From assembly GCF_036588685.1 (NCBI RefSeq), contig NW_026963293.1, forward strand, positions 186,001-250,000: a stretch of DNA of 64,000 nucleotides. The letters are read 5' to 3'. The position numbers and the translations under genes were made by a program. This DNA is from Mytilus trossulus (lineage: Eukaryota). The notes beneath the pieces were generated by a model, which did not search any database, was not told the origin of the DNA, and saw only the letters and a list, made by a program, of their open reading frames with translations. This document shows positions 39,425-50,624 of this stretch, piece by piece (the stretch's first letter is position 1; the number at the start of each line of letters is the position of its first letter).

Positions 39425-42400
39425 TCATTTGTTTTCTTTATTCCGCAATTGATTTTGTACATTGTTCTTGATTTGAAATACAGAAAATCTCATATTTATT
39501 ACAATCATTGTCGATTTAGATTATATTACGTTTTGGTTAATTTTACCTTTAAGGCCCGCATAGTAGTATTACAAAAACTCAACAATCAGCTAATGATAAT
39601 CAGTACGCCCAAAAGAATCTCACATGACCACCAATAATACATCGCTAGTTGAACATGCTAGAAGGATACCCAACAAAAACAATTCATACTGAATTCGAAT
39701 ATCAGTTTCAGTCAAGATGTAAATTCGTTTTCAATTCTTTCATACAAAAAAAGTTTCATTGAAAGCAAACACATCATAACTTTATATTGCTGTTACTAAG
39801 TAGAAACAATGTCGCAATTTGTAATACAAGACAAACAGCAGAAACAGATACACAAACTGTATCTGATTAAACAATGTTAAATAAGTTGCTTTTGAGATAA
39901 TATTTTGGCAAATGAACAAGGAAATCAGTTTCGTTTTCCCATTTATTCAATTAACTAAACTTAACTGAAAAACCCTGTAATCTAAGAGCGCCCCCCCCCC
40001 CCCCCAATCTAACTCTAAACAGACAGGAGTTTCACTAAAAACCAAAAAATCAAATAGTGACAGGATTATAAAAATATTGCGCTCCTGGAAATGATTAATA
40101 CGGGCAGCAAGCCTAAGAACTAAGACGTTCTAATATATGATGTAATAAACAGCAATGGCACTAGTATTTCAGGTTAATTTGGTATGAGTCACTTCAGGTA
40201 GGTTTTAGTTCAGCAATGTTAACCTCCGTTAATCTTGAAATATCAGAATATTTCTATTCTATTTATTATTTGAATATTCATTCAATAAAAGGAAATGTTA
40301 ACGAAAAAGAAAAATAACGGGCGAATGTTGCGACTAACAAGTCATTTTTTTCCGAATTACTACAGTACACTGTGCCTTATCAAGAAACATAACGAGCATT
40401 ATAATTTTGGATTTCAAAATGAACACTACAAGTATTTGAACTCAGTTTATTAGTAAATACTGCTGGATCACTTTGAAATAATGAAAACAAGTCAACATAC
40501 TTCATTTGTGACTACCGATAAATCGTTGTTTATACATGACTGATAATCATTCCCTCTATTCTCTAATCCTAGTAATAGAATCTTAAAATACCTCTATATA
40601 AGTCTAAAGAAAACATCAAGAAACTGACATTTTATATAAAACAAAATCATCACATAGTTTAATTCCAATCCAATTCAATAGATGAATATTTTTTGTGTAG
40701 CCATGTTCATAGGGCCCCCTCTTCATAGTTACAATATTGCTATTCAACCCTTCACTTGTTTCGAAAACCTATAAACATTCAAAGTCTATCATTATAAAAC
40801 GCCAGATGCGTATTTCGTTTTTTAATGTCACTGAAACGAAGACGAATGGAAGGCTGAAACACTATGAAAAAGATTACATGTCTAGGTTTACCTTCATCTC
40901 GAGTTTAGTTAAATATTTGATAATAATTTACATTACAACGTGCATCGAAACATTCATCATATTTTCAAATATTAATTAAGTAAACTATTTTTAATGTTTA
41001 TATCAATTTACACAGGATACAGGAGGATAATACAAATAGCAGTTCACAAAACACTTACAAACACATACACCCAAACAATGCGTGACTCGCACAAAACTGA
41101 GGCTAACGGTATACCATGGTTATGAAACTTGGAATGGATAAACAGTTCTTAATCCATTTATGCCACCAGTCATGTTGTTCACGTCAAGTACAGTTCACTG
41201 TCAATGAAAAGTCGTAAACGAGAAAAGGAGAATAGGTTTAATGCGACTGGCGTCCAAGTGAAAGGTTTAAATAGCAATAAAACCAGGATTAATTCCCCAT
41301 TTGTCACATAAAAAATTGACTCAGCCAATTGACGATTATAAAATCTGATATCCATTCGTTTGTTGTGTGTAAGCTTTAGGTTTTGCTCTTTGAATTTTCC
41401 TCCATTTCTTATATTGTTGTTATTCTCTTTTTTTCTGGCAATTTTTAAGTGTTGGGATTTGTGACAGAGATATTTCCTAATGGTAACCGAAGTCCTGGTG
41501 GCGTTCCTTAAACTTTCAAAACAATTACTTTACAATGACGAATTCAAGCCTCCAGAAAGTACGGTTCAATGAATGATAAATCCCAAGCATAGTATATCCG
41601 CCTTAAAACAAAAACAAACAAGAACCATGTAACTCCAAAATGGTGTGTACAATGGAATAAAAAGTTGGTGAATGTGTTTTTTACAATTCTAAAGCGGTAT
41701 TCAGACAAACACGTCCAAGTGAAAGTAGGTCATTTGGGGTCATCATGATAAAAGTGAGGATTAAATGTTTGCTTATTTATTGGGTTTTTTATGTTACATC
41801 TTCACCATGAACACATGGTGTTGAAGGTAGTTGTATAAAGCATTCTAACTGGTGCAGCACAGTTGTATCGTACAAGCATATACTTTTTAGAGCATTCAAT
41901 AAATGATATATCTTTAGAAACATTTCACAGTCACTTATTGGTCAGCTACACATGCACAATCTGATTTGAGCAATTGGACAGTAATCATCATTCGTCATCA
42001 ATTTGGGTTGGTATGGCTCGGGTCAATGACATGTGGTATCAGCATTGATCAATCATTTGATTTTGTTCAGTTTAGCTCCTTGGAAGATTTTGACAATTAC
42101 TATTTGTAAATTGATATTTGTATGATGGCCTGGTACATGTAACAAAGGCACTTGTCTCTGACGACAATTATCTTTATGCTTTACTATCAGATATGATTAT
42201 ACGATTATAAACCAAACACAATGATATAAGTGGGTTTTGTATTTTGCTAGATGCATGCTGCTATGTTTTGGTCTTAAAGCACAGCTGAAATTGATCTACT
42301 TTAAATCAATGTAGTTGAATGAAATTTAATTTAACGCTTACAAATTGTAACACAATTTAAAGAATATTGATTCATACAAATGTATGTATAATGTGCACTT

Positions 42401-43431
42401 AGTACAGTAACTTGCGCAAATATTCAAAAATAAACAAAACTTAATCAAGATACTATCTTACCATTATTTAACACTTTAATTCAACACATTCATTCAACAC
42501 TTTTTCATTAATAGTACATGAATATATAACACTCATCTTGAATGAAAGTGTGAATAAACAAAAAACAGTAAGTGTTTTTTTTTTCCTGCATAAAAATGGA
42601 CCAGTTTTGTTATTCAATTAACTACAACAATACTGCACTCCATTTTGATTAAAATATCATAAAATTTATGTTTTCTTTTACTTAACACAATTTATCTAGT
42701 TTGATTCTAGAAATTAAAATAATCTGAACATTTATAAGGGATTAACAATTCTACTTGAATCCAATTTTAAATTGATAACAATCTTTGTAAATATGGCTAA
42801 CCATACTTTGTGGGTCTAGGAAGAACAAAACTTCGAAGTATGAACTAAAATGACACAAGACTCGAGTATCGTAAGAGGTATTTTCATCTCTTTTTCAGTA
42901 CACATTTCAGATTTTATATACAACCTATTCAGCAGCACAGATTTTGTCAATATGAGCAAACCTGGTTTTGAAGGAACCTGCGTTTGAAGATACTTGCAAT
43001 GTTTAAGATATTTGTACGAAAATTAGAATGGCTGCTAAGATAACTAGAATGGCCTTTATTTGCAATGAATTTCTAATGAATAGCTTGGCATTGTGAATTT
43101 GGATTTGGATGTTTATTCGGCACCTATGACCAAAGATCAACATAGAACCCTAAAGAAAGAAAAACGTTCATCTATTGTTTTAATCCTGCTGATAATACTC
43201 GAACATTATAAGGCGGAAAACACATGTTTTTGTATGAGCTTAATATTTAGATGTGCAAAAAGATTTTACAGTTTCAGTAAAGATACAGGGTCCCGATTAT
43301 AAAACTGAAAAGATAAACTTGCGTATTATGATACATCTTGGATTAAGCCTGAATTAAACTAGTTTCACACTTAGCCTCTATAGATTTGTAATGGAAATTT
43401 GTTCATTTTTTGAAATTATTATCATGATTAT

Positions 43432-43630
43432 GACCTAAGGTTTCAACTTTCTCGGGCAAAGTTGGCTTTAAATGAATTTGGCTATTTATTTTAGGTATTT
43501 TTGACATATAGCTCTTCAACGATTTTCTGTACTTATCTATCTTTCAAATGTTTGTCTTTGAGCGTTCCTGATGAAGGTAAATCCAGAAAAGCGATTCGGA
43601 CGCAAGAAATTATTAAACGTGTTGTTTTTA
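43432..43630 (+). mobile_element. Family B retrozyme fragment
   Basis: Shares gctcttcaac..gtactt..tttgagcgt with family A but carries a different hammerhead. Relics lie at 58251-58390 and 59240-59340. Confidence 0.7.
43562..43603 (+). ncRNA. Minimal type I hammerhead ribozyme, family B (UUC triplet)
   Basis: GCGUUC CUGAUGA AGG-UAAAU-CCA GAAA A GCGA UUC^GGACGC: 6-bp stem I, intact core boxes, very short stem II. Confidence 0.75.
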
Positions 43631-44333
43631 ATTCTTTAGTATGAATAATGCAAAATGTACAGCATCTTTTCGTTAAAACTCGTGTTTATTTTTACAAAAA
43701 GAACGTAGAAGCTTGCATATGACAAAAATATGTGTATTGACAACAAAGACTTTTAAGTAAGATGCCATTCCATTTTTTTTCTGAAATATCAAGTTTACTT
43801 TATATAAAATGACTAATATAAGTCAAATCATAATAAAACAATTTAACTGCTCAAGACATAAATATTTAATTAGGATATAATTCACAATGACAAGTGCATA
43901 AGTGATATATGTTTTGTATCTGATCCAAATAAATCGTTCGTATTTTCAATTTTTCTTGGTAGTATCACCAAAAGAAGTTGAGAAGAGGACTACTAAATTG
44001 GTTTCTTCAATTATGAATGTTAATATGTGACAATATATTTCTGTATATCAATTACTTTGTTTTAAAAGAAAAAAGGAATCTGGAAATCTTCAAGGATCAT
44101 TTTCAAATAATGACATCATGGTATTTTTTTTAATATCGGTAATAGAATATTTTGAAGAAGACTGCTGAAGGAAAAGATAAACATGATAGAATCATTTTCA
44201 AAACAATGTGGCTGTGGCCATTGACTGACGACCTAAATTATCCCATTGACTGGGACAGATTAGGTGAACATTTGTCTGTAACAAAAATTGCTCACTACTT
44301 ACTTATTATAGAATTTAAACCGTGGGGTCATCA

Positions 44334-44483
44334 AAGGTTCGTTACGCCTTTAATAGTAAAATAATTCGAAAAATTAATCAGGAATAACCTTTATATTTTG
44401 ATTTATATTATTGATATAAATCAAAACATCGTGTTATTCCTGATTATTATTTCCAATTACTTTATTTAATGGTTGAGAACCTT
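44334..44483. mobile_element. Fold-back (palindromic) MITE-like element
   Basis: Arms aaggttc..taatcaggaataac..ttttgatttatat / atataaatcaaaa..gttattcctgatta..gaacctt. Confidence 0.7.
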
Positions 44484-44509
44484 CAAATAAAATTTCTAAA
44501 TATATTTGT

Positions 44510-47500
44510 CAAATACGTGAGTTAATATTAACCGTTTGCATAAAACTACATTTTTGGTGCATTTTGATAATATTCAAGATATAATGAAAATATATCACCT
44601 AATAAAAACCACGTAATAAAAAGCTTTTAAAAAATGTGTATACTTTGTGTATTGGTCGGCTGCCTTTAAACAAAATGTTTAGATATATTTGTCAAATACT
44701 GGTCTAAAATAAAACCTTCAAATTAATCAAATTAATTCTATTTAGTTTAATTAATGTCCATGCGGTATGAAATAAGCCGTAGGAGATAAGCAGTTTACAA
44801 CGGGTATGACATGTAAATATATTCCAGACAAAAAAATGACAATTACAAATTCGTTTATTTGTGTACATGGATATATATTGTATAACAATTACTTCTGTAT
44901 ATCACTGATGGTAATTGAAAGCTCAGTCCACAAATATTTAATGTACAGGTGATGTTCCACCCACGGACCGCGACCGTGTGATAATATAAATCAAATTTGC
45001 GTGTCGTGTGCAAAGTGTCGTCCCTCCTCTGGATATCCTAATTCTATCTTTTTTTGGGGGAATATTTTTAGAAATTCAAATGTAACGTCACTTTGTGTGG
45101 GTTTTTTTCGAATTTCAAATGTGACGTCACTTTGTGCGTAGAGGCTTTGGCTAACTCGGCTGTGTATTTTTTTGTGTTGGATTAGGTTGTTTTATGTAAT
45201 GTATCCGTTTATATTCCGTAGTTAGTCACCACTTCGGTTTTATCATGTATATCTATAATATAGTCATTTAAAAAAATTTACTGTTTGCAAAAAGTATGAA
45301 TTATTCTAAATAATAAGGATGTTATCATCCCAGGTAAAAAAAACCTAGCCGTATTGGGCACAACCTTTTATGAACTGTTGGTCTTGTCTTCGGTGTTATT
45401 CAACTTTGTACTTGTTTTGGCTTTCCAACTTTTTTCATCTGAGCGTCGCTGGTAAGTCTTGTGTGGACGAAGCGCACGTCTGGCGTATTAAATTGTAAAC
45501 CTGTTACCTTTTGTTAGCTATTATTCGTGTGTTTCTCTGTCCTATATGTTCTCCCATTTATTTGTATTGTAGTCCTGTCATGTAATGTTGTCATTTTAAT
45601 GTTATATTTAATATTACCATAAGAGCAGGAGGTTTGGCATGCCACAAAACCAGGTTCAACCCACCATTTTTTTTCTTAAAATGTCCTGTACCAAGTCAGG
45701 AAAAATGGCCATTGTTATATTATAGTTCGTTTTTGTGGGTGTCGTTGTTCTCCTCTTGTATTTGATGCGCTCCCCTCAGTATTTAGTTTGTAACCCGGAT
45801 TTGTATATTTCTCAATCGATTTATTAGTTTCGAACAGCGGTATACATGGTATACTACTGTTGCCTTTTTTTTTAAGTCTGTATTTTATTTTATGAAGACG
45901 AAAAGTTGAAATGTGTGAATTCATGATAAATAAACTCATCATATAACAGGACTGAAAAAGAAATACATTCCTGTTTACACTATATGACCTTTGGTTTTAA
46001 ACGCAAAGCAGGGGATATGTTTGTAAATAGGGAAGATCCGTCAAGACTCAAATGTGGCATCACTTATTGATATTAATGAATTAATAGTGTGGATTCAAGG
46101 ATATGTGTCAACAATTGTGTACGAATACAATTATTGGGTTCACTATAGACAAGGTGTGAATGACCAATCCTATTATTTCTTCTTTATTAACTTGATTCTT
46201 GATAACAAAGTATTTTTGAAATTACTTAAGAATTTCATTGACATAAACATTGTAATTGATTGTAATTGATTTTTTTAAAAGCAAACTAGTAATTGCTGCT
46301 CAATGCAATAACACTGAAATTTCAATTGGATGAAATAACAGATAAAGAACTAAAATCTCTATTACACTATATGCATATTTGTCAACAAGTTCAATTGTGG
46401 AACAGATCTAGATGAAATTGGAGAGTAGACCAAAGATAGTAGCTAACTCAAAATTGACAAATAAATGAGAGTTTTAAAGATTGTCTATTGCCCTCATACA
46501 CATTGTATGATTTTAAGGATTTCAAAAAATGCTTATATCCTATTTTTTCTACGCGGTTTATTTTATTTACCCGTTTGAATAATTGTACGGTATTCTAAAT
46601 CAAACTGTGGTTTGGTGATGTTGACTTTGCAAGGACGTGTTTTTGATTTTGAAATATTCATATACTAGTCAAAAAAAGAAACGTTATATTGTTTTTGATT
46701 TGAAAATATCACATATTTTAAGTTCAAATATTTTCATGATTAAAACTAGTAACCTGAATGATTTATCTTTCAAATTTACTGATTTACAAAAACGCAAGTA
46801 AATACTAACCTTATGCATAAAAACTACATTCTTTGTGAAGTAATGTTGATTGCATTCAAAATATTATGAAACGTTTTACCAAATACCAGAGCTGACTCAA
46901 TACAAAGCATTTAATAAAAACCGCTTTTTAAAATTGTGTATACTTGTGTATTGGTCGGCTTCGTTCTCTAATTGTGTTTTTTTGTGTTCAGATAAATGAA
47001 AAATAATACAGTATTGATAAATAAAATGTGGTCTCAAATAAAACCTTCAAATTATAATCAAATTAATTCTATTTAGTTTAATTAATGTCCATGTCGTATG
47101 AAATAAGCCCTCGGTGAATTCATGATACATAAACTCATCATATAACAGGACAGAAAAAGAAATACATTCCTGTTTACACTATACATGCTATATGACCTTT
47201 GTTTTTAAACGCAAAGTAGGGGATATGTTTGTAAATATGGAAGATCCGTTTAGACTCGAATGGGGCATCACTTATTGATATTAATGAATTAATAGTGTGA
47301 ATTCAAGGATATGTGTCAACAATTTGAAGGATACAATTATTGGGTTCACTATAGACAAGGTGTTAATGACCAACCCTAGCATTTCTTCTTTATTTACTTG
47401 CTTCTTGATAGCAAAGTATTTTTGAAATTACTTTAGAATTTCATTGACTCCTACATAAACATTGTAATTGACTGTAATTGATTTTTTTTAAAAGCAAACT

Positions 47501-49225
47501 AGTAATTGCAGCTCAATACAATAAAACTGACATTTCAATTGGATGAAATAACAGATAAAGAACTAAAGTCTCTATTACACTATATGCATATTTGTCAACA
47601 AGTTCAATTGTGGAACAGATCTAGATGAAATTGGAGAGTAGACCAAAGATAGTAGCTAACTCAAAATTGATCGTACGAATAAATGAGAGTTTTAAAGATT
47701 GTCTATTGCCCCCATACACATTGTATGATTTTAAGGATTTCAAATAATGCTTATATCCTATTTTTCTACGCGATTTATTTTATTTACCCGTTTGAATAAT
47801 TGTACGGTATTCCAAATCAAACTGTGGTTTGGTGATGTTGACTTTGCAAGGACGTGTTTTTGATTTTGAACTAATCATATACTAGTCAAAAAAAGAAACG
47901 TTATATTGTTTTTGATTTGAAAATATCACATATATTAATTTCAAATATTTTCATGATTAAAACTAGTAACCTGAATGATTTATCTATCAAATTTACTTAT
48001 TTATAAATACGCAAGTAAATACTAACCTTATGCATAAAAACTGCATTCTTTGTGAAGTTATGTTGATTGTATTCAAAGTATTATGAAATATTTACCAAAT
48101 ACCAGAGCTGACTCAATACAAAGCATTTAAAACAAACCGCTTTTTAAAATTGTGTATAATTGTGTTTTGGTCGGCTTCGTTCTCTAATTGTGTTTTTTGT
48201 GTTCAGATAAAGGAAAAATAAATACAGTATTAATAAATAAAATGTGGTCTCAAATAAAACCTTCAAATTATAATCAAATTAATTCTATTTAGTTTAATTA
48301 ATGTCCATGTCGAATGAAATAAGCCCTCGGTCAATTCATAATACATTAACTCATCATATAACAGGACTGAAAAAGAAATACATTCCTGTTTACTCTATAC
48401 ATGCTATATGACCTTTGTTTTTAAACGCAAAGTAGGGGATATGTTTGTAAATAGGGAAGATCCGTTAAGACTCGAATGGGGCATCACTTATTAATATTAA
48501 TGAATGAATAGTGTGAATTCAAGGATATGTGTCAACAATTTGAAGGATACAATTATTGGGTTCACTATAGACAAGGTGTTAATGACCAACCCTAGCATTT
48601 CTTTTTTATTTACTTGATTCTTGATAACAAAGAATTTTTGAAATTACTTTAGAATTTCATTGACTCCTACATAAACATTGTATTTGACTGTAATTGATTT
48701 TTTTTTAAAGCAAACTAGTAATTGCAGCTCAATACAATAAAAGTGTAATTTCAATTGGATGAAATAACAGATAAAGAACTCAAATCTCTATTACACTATA
48801 TGCATATTTGTCAACAAGTTCAATTGTGGAACAGATCTAGATGAAATTGGAGAGTAGACCAAAGATAGTAGCTTACTCAAAATTGATCGTACAAATAAAT
48901 GAGAGTTTTCAAGATTGTCTATTGCCCCCATAAACATTGTATGATTTTAAGAATTTCAAATAATGCTTATATCCTTTTTTTCTACGCGGTTCATTTTATT
49001 TACCCGTTTGAATAATTGTACGGTATTCCATATCAAACTGTTGTTTGGTGATGTTGACTTTACAAGAACGTGTTTTTGATTTTGAAATAATCATATACTA
49101 GTCAAAAAAAGAAACGTTATATTGGTTTTAATTTGAAAATATCACATATATTAATTTCAAATATTTTCATGATTAAAACTAGTATTACCTGAATGATTTA
49201 TCTATCAAATTTACTAATTAATAAA
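44510..49225. repeat. Tandem array of a ~1.2-kb unit (partial + 2 full + truncated copy), interrupted at 44779-45914
   Basis: aactcatcatataacagga recurs at ~45932, 47131 and 48347 (periods 1199 and 1216). An older fragment lies at ~53190-53452. Confidence 0.93.
45050..45860 (+). mobile_element. Composite interspersed repeat containing a dead hammerhead (45443-45486)
   Basis: Retrozyme-like segment 45250-45510 with CUGGUAA/GAAG in place of CUGAUGA/GAAA, fused to a tail (aaaaccaggttcaacccaccattttt..ccaagtcagga) also seen at ~29260 and ~41280. Confidence 0.65.
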
Positions 49226-50624
49226 AATATCGGAAATGACGTGACGTCATTTTCTGATTTCAAACAAATAACCATGTTTTCAAAAATTTACCTGTATAGA
49301 GATAGAATCGAGTTGTACTTTTGGTCATTATTTGTGTCGAACACGATTGTTCACAAAAGGTCGTATTAAAAAATTGAAAACGTTACACGTAACGTTAAAC
49401 GTAAGTCAGTGCCCCGTCTACGTCAAAATGAGAGAGAAAGAGCTATTGGGATGTTGGCAGCAGGAATGACTCAAGTGCAGGTTGCAAATCATTTTAATGT
49501 CTCTAGAATGACTATTGCAAGACTTAAGACTCGCCTTCGAGATACTAGCACAACAAATGATCGCCCCCGTAGTGGCAGGCCACGTAAAACGACGTTACGT
49601 CAAGACAGGCACATCCGCATCATTCATCTCCGGATTCGATTTTTAAACGCGTCACAAACTGCACGACAAACCCACGGGAGACATAACAACAGAATATCTG
49701 CTCAAACAGTTCGTAACCGATTGCGTCAAGTTGGTCTAAGAGCTCGTCGTCCATTGAAGGGACCTATCCTTACGCAGCGTCACAAGATGGTGCGACTTCC
49801 ATGGACTCGGGTACGGATTCGATGGAATAGGCAAACATGGAGACAGGTTCTTTTTACCGGTGAATCTAAATTCAACTTGCAATTTAGCGACGGCAGAGCC
49901 AGGGTGTACCGGAAGCGCAATACACGATTTTCTGATTTTCTGCGGGCAGGAAACAGATCGGTTTGGTGGCGGCGGAATCATAGTTAGGAGCGGAATAACC
50001 TACCAGGAACGCACCGAGCTGAAAATCATCGTTGGTAACCTTAATGCAACAAGGTTTAGGGACGAAATTCTTGCTCCAGTTGTTCTCCCGTTCCCCGAAG
50101 ACATCGTTTTAACCACGTTTTTCAGCAGGAAAACACCCGTTGTCACGTGGCACACATTTCGATGACCTTTTTGGAGAATAACCATATTCGTGTATTGCCT
50201 TGGCCAGCAATGTCTCCAGATTTATCGCCATTTGAACATATTTGGGACGAACTTGGCCGACGTATCAGAAATAGCCAAAATCCACCGGAAACGCTCGCCC
50301 AGCTCCGAACAGCACTTTTCATGGAATGGAACAACATCCCTCAAGACTTTATTCGACGTCTTGTTGATTCCATGCGACGGAGGTGTCAGGCGGTCATAAA
50401 TGCAAGAGGTGGTCATTCAAGGTATTGACATGCTAATCTGAATTCTGTACACGTCCTGTTAAAAATGTCCGAAAACGTGCAATATTGTTTTCAATAGAGA
50501 AAACTAGTCATTATTCTCTTCAAAATTATGTTAGCTAACTATTCCATTTACTTATTGTTATCAATATTTTGTTATAAAAAAAAATAATCTTAAAAGCATG
50601 TAACGTTTATTTTTTTGCCTAGTA
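49225..50624 (+). mobile_element. Tc1-family DNA transposon, left end missing
   Basis: Transposase remnant plus a Tc1-like right terminus (..aacgtttattttttttgcctagta followed by TA). No matching left TIR was found. Confidence 0.85.
49409..50428 (+). pseudogene. Tc1 (DD34E) transposase pseudogene
   Basis: Paired-like HTH, GRPRKT, WPAMSPDLSPFEHIW and NARGGHSRY. Start codon is GTG, with frameshifts at ~49940 and ~50095. Catalytic Asp residues are changed (FTGES, FQQEN), with 34 residues to the Glu. Confidence 0.93.

Larger units (their letters stand above)
26600..42850. repeat. Old local segmental triplication of a multi-kb non-coding unit (copies ~26600-31300, ~31540-33220, ~39690-42850)
   Basis: Collinear shared blocks: caactgacggacactatc (28106/31881), aaatattgcgct (28673/32461/40072), ccaccagtcatgttgttcacgtcaag (29923/41163), tttgctagatgcatgc (30754/42243). 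Boundaries are approximate. Confidence 0.75.
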
